NCBI GenBank assembly: GCA_951406725.2
Contig: OX597840.1
Coordinates: 20,832,001-20,896,000, forward strand
Source of the DNA: Octopus vulgaris
Taxonomy: Eukaryota
Direction of reading: 5' to 3'
Length of the DNA stretch: 64,000 nt
A program made the position numbers and the translations under genes. Within the stretch, counting starts at the first letter, position 1. Each line of letters begins with the position of its first letter. Shown one piece after another: positions 1-62,370 of this stretch. The notes under the pieces are model-generated. The model saw nothing but the letters and a program-made list of their open reading frames with translations. It was not told the origin of the DNA and searched no databases.

Positions 1-642
1 TTCTGACAGAAGAAAAAAAAAAAAATTAATTATTCTGGTATTATTTTTTTCTCTGCTTGACAGGAAATTCCTAACAAGTAAAACCTTGTAATTCCTATTA
101 GCAAACGAAACATGTGTAATGCAGAAGAAATAGTACCAAAAATTTTACATTTTCTTGTTTCGTTTATACAATAACCCAGCAAATATTTCCATAATTCTTA
201 ATTTTAATATGTATTTTGACGAATATATGTAGCAGCAATTGAGACAATGAATTGGATTGTGTTGATGGAATGAGCAGATGTGGTTTAAGAGGGAACAGCT
301 GGGATTTGAAAAGTGGGAAATTCTAAGTGGAGCAGTAAAGGGAAGTCTTGATCGGGAGTGTATATACTCTTTTTCATGTATTGAGTACTTATCTGCTTTG
401 TAAATTATGGAGAGAACAAGAGATCAGGAGGAGGAGAAGGAGAGGAGGATGAGGGAAGAAAGAGTGAGAGAGAGAGAGAGTGAATATGTGTGTGTGTATG
501 TGTGAGAGAGAGAAGAGAGAGGTATGAGAGAAAAGGGAACAGACAGAAATAAATGAGAGAGAGAGGATAGAAAAGGAGAAAGAAAGAGAGAAAGAGAGAA
601 AAAGGAAAGATAGATGGATTGATAGATAGATAGATAGATAGA

Positions 643-890
643 GCTGTGTGGTAAGTAGCTTGCTAACCAACCACATGGTTCCAGGTTCAGTCCCACTGTG
701 TGGCATCTTGGGCAAGTGTCTTCTGCTATAGCCCCGGGCAGACCAATGCCTTGTGAGTGGATTTGGTAGACGGAAACTGAAAGAAGCCCGTCGTATATAT
801 GTATATATATATGTGTGTGTGTTTGTGTGTCTGTGTTTGTCCCCCTAGCATTGTTTGACAACCGATGCTGGTGTGTTTACGTCCCCGTAA
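643..890 (+). mobile_element. SINE family A (tRNA head plus CORE-like CCTTGGGCAAGT), 3'-truncated into (GATA)n
   Basis: gctgtgtggtaag...ggttcagtccc (A/B-box-like)...cttgggcaagtgtcttc; same family as many copies in this window. Confidence 0.85.
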
Positions 891-938
891 GATAGATAGA
901 CAGACAGACAGATAGATAGATAGATAGATTGATATAGA

Positions 939-982
<44 letters not shown>

Positions 983-1000
983 TCAAATGACCGATAGATG

Positions 1001-1032
<32 letters not shown>

Positions 1033-1075
1033 CAGGCAGACAGACAGACAGACAGGCAGATAGATGGTAGGTAGG
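891..1075. repeat. (GATA)n/(GACA)n microsatellite
   Basis: Direct reading. Confidence 0.95.
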
Positions 1076-1479
1076 TAGGAAAGAGAGAGGATGATTAGAT
1101 GGGAATACTGCAGGGAAGATATTAAGGTTGGAGAAAGCAAGAAAGGCAAAAGGAGGAAAAAATAGATGGATTTTTTTTAAAACGAGAAATACAGAGAGAA
1201 GCAGTGGAGTGAGGGGGGGAAGCAGCGGTTGGGAAAGCGTGTGTGATGTGTGTGAGGAAGAGAGAGAGAGAGGGAGGGGTGAAAGAGAGAGAGAGAAAGT
1301 GAGAGAACTGAAAGGAATAGAATAAGAAAGAGAGAAGGGGAGAGGGAGGGACAGAGGTAAAATATAGAATTAGAGAGAGGGAGGGGAAAAGTGGAAAAGA
1401 AAGGATAAATAGATATAGAAAGTAAAGTGGGGGAAGGAGAGAAAGAGAGTAGAGAGAGTAATAGTGAGAGAAAGTGATA

Positions 1480-2230
1480 AGGATGGAGGGAGTAATAATG
1501 AGGAAAGAGAGGAGAGAGAGAGAACGGAGAAAGCTAAAGAGTAATAGTGAGAGTAAGTGAGAAGGAAGGAAAGAGAGAGAGATTGATAGTGAGAGAGAAA
1601 TTAAGAAAGCGAGAGAGATAGAGAGAGGAAACAGAGAGCAATAGAGTAATAGTGAGAGGAATGGAGAAGGACGGTAAGAGAGAGAGAGATAGAGGAAACA
1701 GAGAGCAATAGAGTAATAGTGAGAGGAAGGGAGAAGGACGGTAAGAGAGAGAGAGAGAGATTAATTGTGAGAGAGAAATTAAAAAGGGAGAGAGAGAGGA
1801 AACAGAGCAATAGAGTAATAGTGAGAGGAAGGGAGAAGGAAAGAAAGAGAGAGAGAGATTAATAGTGAGAGAGAAATTAAGAAAGGGAGAGAAAGAGAGA
1901 GAGGAAACAGAGTAAGCTAAAGACAGTAATAGTGAGAGGAACGGAGAAGGACGGTAAGAGAGAGAGAGAGATTATTAGTGAGAGAGAAATTAAGAAAGGG
2001 AGAGAGAGAAGAAACAGAGAGCAATAGAGTAATAGTGAGAGCAAGGGAGAAGGACGGTAAGAGAGAGAGAGATTAATAGTGAGAGAGAAAGAGAGAGAGG
2101 AAACAGAGAGCAATAGAGTAATAGTTAGAGGAACGGAGAAGGACGGTAAGAGAGAGAGATTAATAGATAGATAGAGAGAGAGGAAACAGAGAGCAATAGA
2201 GTAATAGTGAGAGGAAGGGAGAGGGAGAGA
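1480..2230. repeat. Purine-rich tandem satellite immediately upstream of ERp44
   Basis: Recurring gaggaaacagagagcaatagagtaatagtgagaggaa.ggagaaggacggtaagagagag units. Confidence 0.9.
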
Positions 2231-2297
2231 CGGAAGTTGACGGAAAGTGCCGAAAGAGAAACCAAGGTAAATAACTGTGGAAGCCAGAAGTTCAGAC
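2225..2297 (+). promoter_or_regulatory. Probable ERp44 core promoter / 5' UTR with ETS-type CGGAAGT
   Basis: CGGAAGT at 2231-2237 and a CGGAAAGT variant lie at the boundary between the purine satellite and unique CpG-containing sequence, about 65 nt before the ATG. Confidence 0.45.
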
Positions 2298-51997
<49,700 letters not shown>

Positions 51998-52196
51998 GAG
52001 ATGAAACAGCCACCATCAGGCTGGAACTCTCTCAAATTTCATTTAGGAATTTTTTTTAATTTTAAATTTAATTTTTTTTTTTTTACATCTTCCCCACCCC
52101 CCCTCTACCCACAGTTCTCAAAAAAAAAAGTCTTTTTTTTTTTTTTTTTTTTCATTATGAATGTTTTTGTGTATTGTCTGTCTCTTATGGATCAGA

Positions 52197-52310
52197 AATA
52201 AAACCAGATGATTTTATGAACAAGTGAGAATATATGTATGGATGTATGATGCGTGTGTGTATATATGTATATATATATATGTGTGTGTACATATATATGT
52301 ATATATTTAA

Positions 52311-52344
<34 letters not shown>

Positions 52345-52964
52345 CATGCATACACACACATATAATGATATATAAATTGGGATATATATATGTGTGTGTA
52401 CATATATATGTATATATTTAATGTGTGTGTATATATATATATATATATACATACATGCATGCATACACACACATATAATGATATATAAATTGGGATATAT
52501 ATATGTGTGTGTGTATATATATATACATATTTTCCAAATTTGTGTAAATGGGTGTTAAAACAGGTCTGGTTTTTTCACTTTTTCTATTACTGTAGTTTGG
52601 AAAAAATTTTTTACAATGTTGAAGTGTGTTAAACATTAAAACAAACAATATTTCGTAATCTTCATAAAGTTCAATTAGCGCTTTTATACGTTCGTTGTAA
52701 TCATTAGATTTCAAAATGTATTTAATCGGGAGAAGAACTCAGCTGTCGGTTAAATGCATTTTGAAATCTGATGAATTTTATGAATGTTACTGAATATTTT
52801 TTTTATGTTTAACACACTTTATTGTAAAAAAAATTTAAATACAGGAATAAAAAAAACCCGTGAAAAAATTAGACAATGCTTTAACCCCATTCAACTGAAG
52901 CATATATATATACATACATACATGCATTTGCATACACACACATGCATAAGTGTGTGCGTGTATG

Positions 52965-52998
<34 letters not shown>

Positions 52999-53187
52999 TA
53001 AAGACATGTATATATACATACATACACACACACACATATAAAGACGTGTGTATATATATATATATATATATATGTACACACGCACATAGACATATACATG
53101 CATGCACATCCAGTCACACATACACACACATGCAATCATATGCACATTCACCCACAAACATGTACATTCCCCCTCCCCTCAAATAAA
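52197..53187 (+). terminator. Candidate polyadenylation signals of ERp44
   Basis: AATAAA at 52197-52202, 52846-52851 and 53182-53187. Which one is used cannot be read from the sequence. Confidence 0.4.
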
Positions 53188-53581
53188 AAAAAAATTGAGA
53201 CCAAGAACTTTTCTCTTTTATTTAACATTCTTTCCCCGGCTTCTCTCTCTCTCTCTCTCTCTCTACACACATTTCCTTCTATTCAGCTCTTTTTTATTAT
53301 TATTATTATTTTTTTTTTTTTTTTTTACATTGAAAGGTTCAAAAGATGAGGTGAAAGGTCCCGAAGTGAGAACGTGGGGCAGGTGTGCACTGACAGGTGT
53401 GTCCTGACGAAGGGGCCTTTGGCCAAGACACTCCACTCTCTTCCTTCTGACCCCAAACCAAATCAAAGAATGACATGTTTGGATGATGTTGGATCAAGTG
53501 TTAAGATTCTTGCATAAAAATCTTCTTCTTCTTCCATTTGCATCTTTATTCTTCTTCTTCTTCTTGTTATTATTCTTTTCA

Positions 53582-54350
53582 AGGTGGTGTATTGGCAGAA
53601 TCGTTAACATGTCAGGTGGAAATGCTTAGCAGTATTTTGTCTGCTGTTACGTTTTGAGTTCAAATTCAGCCGAGGTTGACTTTGCCTTTCGGGGGCGATT
53701 AAATAAGTACCAGTTATGCACTGGGGTCGATATAATCGACTTAATCCGTTTGTCTGTCCTTCTGTGTTTAGCCCCTGTGGGCAGTAAAGAAATAAGTATT
53801 TCGTCTGCTGAGGTTGACTTTGCCTTTCCTCCTATTGGGATTGATAAATTAAGTACCAGTTACACACTGGGGTCAATGTCATCAACAAGTCCCCATCCCC
53901 CAAATTTCAGGCCTTGTACCTATAGTAGAAAGGATTATTATCATTATTAAGCGGTGAGCTGGCCAGAATCTTTAGCATGCTGGACAAATTTCTTTGCAGC
54001 ATTTTTTCTGGCTATCTATTCCGAGTTCAAATTCTGCCAGGGTTGGCTCAGCTTTTCATCCTTTCAGGGTCAATAAAATAAGTACCAGTTGAGTACTGGG
54101 GGTTGATGTAATCAACTTACTCTCTCCCCCAAACTTGTCCTTGTGCCAACCATTGCCGAGCTGGCAGAATCGTTAGCACACCAGGCAAAATGCTTAGAAG
54201 CATTTTGTCTGTCTTGATGTTGAGAGTTCAAATTCTGCCATGGTTGACTTCGCCTTTCATCATTTTGAGGTCAATGAAATAAAGTGGCAGTTGGTCACAG
54301 AGGTCAATTTAATCCTCTCCCTAAAAAATTACTGACCTTCTGTCCAAATT
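53582..54350 (+). mobile_element. Cluster of tandem degraded SINE family B copies
   Basis: Repeated gctggcagaatcgttagc and gttgactttgccttt motifs. Confidence 0.8.
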
Positions 54351-54374
54351 TGCAAAAATTATTATTATTATTAG

Positions 54375-54835
54375 AGAGCAGCACATGCCATCAAAGAGAC
54401 ACTGGAGTACAAGTATACAAAGCCCAGTATACCCATCATGACTACCCCTCTGATAAGGGTACACCAAGCACATGCATCACAATCATATGTGTGCGATATG
54501 GTGATCTCATATCAAGATAAACGGCACATGGTCTTGCAGGTGGGGCCCAGTTAGAATTTTCTTCAGGTCGAGTAGCCCGTCCTGCTCAAAAGGTCCCTGA
54601 ATAAGGGTTGTTTTAAGGATGATGAACAAAACTCATATTTCCTGAAGAGATTTATTCACACCCTAAAGAATCCCTCTCAACACATGGCTATGATGCTCCC
54701 CCACTACTTCTACTCGTGATCAGAGATGCACATATCTTCAGCCCCTAAGGGACATGCTCAACTGGTTACGGTCAAACAACCGACACGTAAACCTGTGGTA
54801 TTGAGCAGAATGTTTGCTGTAGCCCATCTTTTTTA
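54375..54835 (-). mobile_element. Dispersed ~460 bp repeat with (AAT)n tail, probable LINE 3' end
   Basis: Highly similar copy at 33060-33520, and a split partial copy at 12685-12748 / 13150-13200 in the opposite orientation. Confidence 0.65.
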
Positions 54836-55368
54836 TTAAATAAGTACCAGTTACGTATTGGGGGTCAATGTAATCAACTTAATTCCTTTGTCTGTCCTTG
54901 TTTGTCCCCTCTATGTTTAGCCCCTTGTGGGCAATAAAGAAATTATTATTATTATTAAAGTGGCAAGCTGGCAGAATCGTTAGCACACTGGACGAAATGC
55001 GTACCAGCATTTTCACTGTCTTCATGTTGTGAGTTCAAATTCTACCAAGGTCAACTCAGCCTCTCTTTCAGGATAAATTGCTCCAGTCCACTCAGCAGGC
55101 AAAAATGTGTTGTACCTGTAATTACAAAGGGGCCAGCCTTGTCGCATTGAGGGTACGCATGTCTGTGGAGTACTCAGCCACTTGCATGCTAATGTCACGA
55201 GCATTTTGTTCTGTTGATCAGATCAACTGGAACCCTCGTCGTCGTAACCGGTGGAGTGCCACGTATTTCACATTGCTCCGGTTCACTCAGCCAGCAATGG
55301 GGAGTACCGGTAATTTCAAAGGGCCCAGCCTTGTCACATTCTGCATCATGCTGAATCGCCCTGAGAAC

Positions 55369-55601
55369 TACGAAGGAATGCTAAAAAGTTCCTGGACCTG
55401 AGGGTATTGCGAAAGGCCAGGCTGGAGCCACACCCTTCCGGGTTCTTTTACTGGGCTTAGAAAAACCTGAAGAACCACTGCAATGAGGGCAGGAAATGAA
55501 TGTGAGACGGGGGGGGGGGGGGGGATATGGTGAATAAAATCCTGATTAAATGATCCTCTTGTATTTTCTTTAACCAAACAACTTTCCAGCACCACCTCAT
55601 A
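55369..55601 (+). mobile_element. Mariner-derived MITE
   Basis: Same family, TA ends. Confidence 0.8.
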
Positions 55602-55777
55602 TATACATATATACACACACACATACATGCATACACATACATACATACATACACATACATGCATACATGCATACATATACATACACATACACACATATAT
55701 ATATATATATACATACATATATATACATACACATATATATATATATATACATACATATATATACATACACATATATA

Positions 55778-55852
<75 letters not shown>

Positions 55853-55993
55853 ATACATACATATACATACATATACATACATATACATACATATACATAC
55901 ATATATATATATACATACATATATATATATACATACATATATATATATATATACATACATATATATATATACATACATATATATATACATACA

Positions 55994-56067
<74 letters not shown>

Positions 56068-56068
56068 C

Positions 56069-56111
<43 letters not shown>

Positions 56112-56643
56112 CATATATATATATATACATACATACATATATATATATATACATACATACATATATATATATATACATACATACATATATATATACATAC
56201 ATACATATATATATATATACATACATACATATATATATATATACATACATATATATATATACATACATATATACATACATACATATATACATACATACAT
56301 ACATACATATATACATACATATATATACATACATACATATATATATATATATACATACATACATACATATATATATACATACATACATATATATATATAC
56401 ATACATACATATATATATACATACATACATATATATACATACATACATACATATATATATATACATACATATATACATACATATATATACATATGTATAC
56501 ATACATATATACACACATACATATACACACACACATACATATATATACATACATATATACACACACATACATATACATACACACATGCATACACACACAC
56601 ATATTCATACATATATACATACACACACATATATATATATATA
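55602..56643. repeat. ~1 kb (TACA)n(TA)n microsatellite
   Basis: Direct reading. Confidence 0.95.
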
Positions 56644-56866
56644 TATGAGGACTGCTGAAAAGTTCCTGGCTTTAAAGGTATTGTGAAAGGCCTGGTTGGA
56701 GGCCCAACCATCCAAGTTCTTTTACAGGCCTTAGAAAAACTGAAGGACCACTGCAGCAAGTGTGTGAACCTGAGCGGAGGGGAATATGTTGAATAAAATC
56801 ATGATTAACAAATCCTCCTGTATTCTCTTTTATTCAAAGCCAAGAACTTTTGAGAAAATTCTCGTG
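56644..56866 (+). mobile_element. Mariner-derived MITE
   Basis: Same family. Confidence 0.82.
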
Positions 56867-57890
56867 TATATATATATATATATATATTAGTTATATTTTT
56901 GCTTCATATATAGTTAGTGCTGTGAAGTGGTCAGGTGGATTACCTGAGACATTTGATATATATATTATATTTAAAAATGGAGAATTCAGGTAGGTTCAAC
57001 AATTTGGAATAATAATACAACAAACTCAGCCATACAACCGGTTGTGCCACCTGACTAGTCCCGTGCTGGTGGCATGTAAAAAGCACCGTTCGAGTGTGGT
57101 CGGTGCCAGTGCCGCCTGACTGGTTCCATGCCGGTGGCACGTAGAAAGCATCCAATGTACTCTTGGATTAGTTGGCGTTAGGAAGGGCATCCAGCTGTAG
57201 AAATCTTGTCAAATCCGATTGGAACCTGGTGCAGCCTTCTGGCTTGCCAGACCTCAGTCAAACCGCCCAACCCATGCCAGCCTAGGAGGACGTTAAATGA
57301 TGATGTATTACTCATTAAAATATTTTAAAATGTTAAAAGTTTATAGATGCATAAATATATAAAAATATAGACATATGGGTAGAATAACTATACTGAGGTA
57401 AAAAAAAAATATATTAGCATCTTTATCATTACCAGCATCGCCTTACTGGCACTTGTGCCCCGTGCTAGTAGGGTGCCAAGAGCACCATTTGAGCGTGATC
57501 GTTGCGAGAGTGGCTAACTGACTTCCGTGCCGGTGGCACGTTAAAGGCACCATTCGAGCGTGATTGTTACCAGCATAAAAGCACCCACTACACTCTCAGA
57601 GTGGTTGGCATTAGGAAGGGCATCCAGCTGTAGAAACTCTGCCAGATCAAGATTGGGGCCTGGTGCAGCCATCTGGTTCACCAGCCCTCAGTCAAAATCG
57701 TCCAACCCATGCTAGCATGGAAAGCAGACGTTAAACGATGATGATGAAAATGTTTAATATTTTAGTGATACATTAAATATATTTTAATTTTGCATACACC
57801 GGTTTTATGGCCGAGTATAAGTTGTATTATTATTCTAAAATGGTTGAACCTACCTGAATTCTCCTTTTAAATATTATACTCACACACACA

Positions 57891-58107
57891 CAGAAGGGGT
57901 ACTGAAAAGTTATCAGTTTTAAGGGTATCGCAAAAGGCCAGGCTGGAGGCCGAACCATCCAAGTACTTTTACAGGGCTTAGAAAAACTGAAAGACCACTG
58001 TGATAAGTATGTGAACCCGAGAGGGGGAATATGTTGACTAAAATCATAATCAACTGATCCTCATATGTTTTCTTTTAGCCAAAGCCAGGAACTTTTCAAC
58101 CCTCTTG
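57891..58107 (+). mobile_element. Mariner-derived MITE
   Basis: Same family. Confidence 0.8.
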
Positions 58108-60686
58108 AATATTAAGAGGGATACACATGTCTGTGGTGTGCTCAGCCACTTATTAATTTCACAAGCAGGCTATTCCGAGAATTGGGTTGCTTGGAACCCT
58201 TGTCCTCGTAATCAATGGAAAGCCAGTAATGGTAACATTTGTGCATCAATGCACGAGTTCTCAAATAAATTCATTTGTTTTGTTTTATTTTTTCCATTTG
58301 CTTTTATCCGTATTTTCAATCCACAATATAATGAAACCAGCCAGTCGTGTGAGAGTGATCCATGATTGTATTACGATAGCATCTCATTCATTGAGTCATT
58401 TCCTCCGGATCAGTACAGGTTTTTGTGGATGAGCTTGTTCAATCGGTTCTCCTGGAACTGAAGAAGTTGGCCGGAACGCAGAGAGTTTATTCAGTTGAAT
58501 TTCCTGGTCCTTGAAACTTGGAAAGCATTTCTGTGTAGTTCTTTCAAAAATAGTACCTTTTTTTTTTGTACACAGCACAAATATCTCAAGTGGTTTTTTA
58601 AAAGCTTTGGAGCCTTGATTGTTGCAGTCATTGGATTCCGACCTTGAAGTGTTTTTCGTTGAATGAATCGATCCTGGGACTTATTTTTTCAAGCTTGTCT
58701 GCCATTCTCTTTTTGCTGAATTGCTAAGTTACAGGGACATAAACACACCAACACCAGTCACATGGCGGTGGGTGGATGAACACAAGACACACACATATAC
58801 ACTATGGGCTTCTTTCAGTTTCCATTTACCAAGTCCACTCACAAGGCTTTGGTTGGCCCAGGCATATAGTAGAAGATACTTGCTCAAGGTGCGAAGGCGG
58901 CAAGCTGGCAGAACCATTAGCAGGGTGGGTGAAATGCATAGCCGTACTTTGCCTGTCATCCTTTCGGGGTTGATAAATTAAGTACCAGTTACGCACTGGT
59001 GTCAATGTACTCGACTTAATCCGTTTGTCCCCTCTATGTTTAGCCCCTTGTGGGTAATAAAGAAACAGATACTTGCCCAAGGTGCCACACAGTGGGACTG
59101 AACCTGGAACCATGTGGTTGGGAAGCAAGCTTCTAATACCAACCCACATGAACCCATTCCTGGTTCTATGACAGAAACTTCCTGATATCAACCCACCAAA
59201 GACTGTCCCTGGTTCTGTGATGAAAATTTCCTTACTTCAAGCAATCAAAATGGAAACTTTCTTCCATCAAATATTCATGTTTATCAATATTCCAAACATC
59301 AAAATCACAAGAATTCTTCATTATTTCCAAAATTAATCCAAATAAAGGCAATGTATTTCAACAGGAATGTCGTAATAAAATGATGAACAAGCTTCCTATA
59401 AAACTTGACACACGGACAGAATTTGAATTTGTCGTCGTCCTTATCCTCAGTGAGTGTCCACATCTCCACGGTTGCATAGGTTGGACAGAGTTTGTCGAAG
59501 CAGGCTTTCTACAGCTGGATGCCCTTCCTGTTACCGACCCTCACCCGTTTCCAAAGCAACGCAAGTATTTCCTCATTGGCCAGACATGGTTTTGTAGAAT
59601 TTTGGGCATGAATTACACTGCTTGTACAATGATCACAACTTGACCAATCTAGGAGACAGATACACATACACATTTACAACAGGCTTCTTTCAGTTTCCTT
59701 CTACCAAATCCATTCACAAACCTTTTGTTGGCCTGAAGCTACAGTAGAAGACATATATATATACATACATAATATACATACATACAAACATATATACATA
59801 CATAATATATACATACACAACTGGCTTCTCTCAGTTTCTGTCTACTAAATCCACTCCCATGGCTTCGATTGGCCCAAGGCTATAGTAGAAGACACTAGCC
59901 TCAAGGTTCCATGCAGTGGGACTGAACCCAGAGCCATGTGGTTGGGAAGCAAGCTTCTTACCACACAGCCACATCTCTGCCTATCATCTCTTATAAAAGT
60001 TGAAGAGCGATTTTAACAGTTGTCACAAAACCTCACACAAATGCTGTAGAGTGACCAGCTGGCAGAATTATTATTATTATTATCATCAAAAGTCGTTGAG
60101 GAAAATTGCTCTCCATTAAATATATTCCTTCGCTTCGACTAAAGTCGCTCGACTAACCAAAAGTCAGCAAGGGAGAGAACTGTTAGAATACTATTCCATT
60201 TTTAAATGAAATTATCTCCCTTGGAATTTATTCACATTCCATATGGATTGCTCAGACAATATCACAGAACATTACTATAAGACACTCCCGCCGAGGTCGA
60301 CTTTGCCTTTCATCCTTTCGGGGTCGATAATTTAAGTACCAGTTACGTACTGGGGTCGATATAATCGACTGACCCCATTCCCCAAAATTTAGGTCCTTGT
60401 GCTTAGAGTAGAAAAGAATATAAGACAATTATAAGACGGCGAGATGACAGAAGCGTTGAGAAGTCGCTGAGCGAAAGGCTTCGCGGCATTTTGTAGGTCC
60501 TTTCGCTTAAATTCAGCCCAGGTTGACTTTACCGCTTTAAATTTTCAGGATCGGTAAAATATGACCACTGAAGTCGATCTAATCGATTTAGTCCTCCTCC
60601 AAGACCGCTGACCTTCTGCCAAAATTTGCAGGCCATCTTCAAAGACAAAGCGTTTTAGTTCTTCCGAGTTTATAACTATGGACAGC

Positions 60687-60722
<36 letters not shown>

Positions 60723-61049
60723 GTAGGTGACAATGACCAGGGTAGATAATTTGTAGGGTATAGTTATCTCCATATACGTTCCGAGATCAAATCGCGCAGA
60801 CGTCAAACGCTCCTTTTCATCCAGTCAAGTCATGCATTGCGGAAATTATTATTAATCGTCAACCGATGATAAAAGTATTTCAATGATAGGTGCAAGGGAT
60901 GGTTTTGGGGTATAAAGTTTGCTTCCCAACCACATGGTTCCGGGTTCAGTTCCACTGCGCGGCACTTTGAGCAAGTGTCTTCTACTATAACCTTAGGCTG
61001 ACCAAAGCCTTGTGAGTGGATTTGGTAGAAGGAAAGTGAAAGAAATCCG

Positions 61050-61099
<50 letters not shown>

Positions 61100-61807
61100 G
61101 CGACAAGAAATAGTTTTGCCTCTTTCTATGGAGACAAAAGGGTTTATAAGATTGCAAAAAAGTGCTCAAATGTAATTGAGACAGAGATAAAGAAACATTG
61201 ATCATAAAACAAACATCAAATTCGAGGCAACGACTTCATATATATAACACCATGCTTCCAAACATTTGATCATATATAAATACTACCATGGCCCTTAAAC
61301 ATATAAAGTATACGTATATAAAAAAAATACACTAAAGGTAAAAAATATATTTGCGAATAAAACTACAAATATATAGAACGGCCTATCAAGAAGGTATATT
61401 CAATCGACCAACGATTCTAAACCGTGTCAAGCAAATAAAAATATAAATAAAACTAAAAAAATGTTCGTACTTACCTTAAACAAACAAAATACGTCAAAAA
61501 GTTCAATTAGTAAAAACCATGGCGGGTTGGAGTCCAGGAGTAAAAAGAATTCCACAAAATTAAGTCAAACACATTAATGGCGATTTCGGGGCAATGACTC
61601 ACTCATTAAGATGAACATGAATCTCAACAACATGTTCGTTCAACGCCACCTGGCTAATTAAAATTGGTAATAATCAATCGCAGGACGAGTCCAAATTTTC
61701 TAACACACACAAAAAAAAAAAAAACCCTATTTCGTTGCTAAAATACAGGTGGCTGCTTATAATAGGAAATTTTACGATCCGGTTTCAAATCCCCGTAAAA
61801 CTAAATA

Positions 61808-62280
61808 TTATTTACAACTTTTAATTTTACTTCTGTATACTTCCAGAAAAGTAGAAAACTTATGGTTACTAAAAGGAATCACATCTGTGAATTTATTTAA
61901 TGTTTTAGGCCCAAGGGATTTAAGGACAGCAAGAGATTCCCTTACACACAACTTACACTTGTTAAAATCACCTCTAAAATAAGGGGCCCTTGATATAACA
62001 GACCATAAAAGAGAACAACTTTTTTTATTCCTTTATAAACCGTGTATAAGCAAGTGTAGTGGAGTTACCTTATTTTTCGTTCGAAAACGAATTCATGTGG
62101 GTTCTATACCTAGCCTAAGACTTGACAGTACTGCCTCTATAAAACCTATCCGAGTTACCCTCATCTTTAACAACGCATTTATATATAGCCACTAGAAGTC
62201 AGACAGAATCCGTCAATGGAACATAATCTAAGGTTTCTACATTTACAAGATTTACCAGAACCACCCATATCCCTATTATT
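61808..62280 (-). mobile_element. Decayed Penelope-like element, GIY-YIG endonuclease C-terminal fragment
   Basis: The minus strand, with frameshifts and stops, reads SCKCRNLRLCSIDGFCLTSS/AIYKCVV..FYRGST..RYRTHMNSF..NSTTLA../LLWSVISRAPY..CKLCVRESLAVL..LNKFTDVI..NH. This matches the CxC..C...C, VY..YIG, RY..H..SF, WSI, CxLC..E, LNK pattern of PLE endonucleases. Confidence 0.85.
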
Positions 62281-62370
62281 AATACTAACCTTATTTATCT
62301 GGCTTCCCGCGTTCTTACCTTCAGATATCTCATTACAGTTGGAGAGCAACTGACCAAGGCCTCACTGACC

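Noticed and set aside
2264-2295. Alternative donor AAG|GTAAAT upstream of the ATG
   Set aside because: It would give a 29-nt intron or skip the signal peptide with no nearby in-frame Met; there is no supporting evidence.
52701-52790. SECIS or hammerhead reading of the 3' hairpin (contains CTGATGA)
   Set aside because: ERp44 has no in-frame TGA, the kink-turn geometry is absent, and no GAAA with stem II follows.
53300-53570. Possible convergent gene last exon
   Set aside because: Only short ORFs with no recognisable protein and no convincing splice acceptor.
55368-56759. Y/I/C/M/V and H/T/Y/I ORFs (also 11839-12579 and 9024-9970)
   Set aside because: Microsatellite translations open in several frames on both strands.
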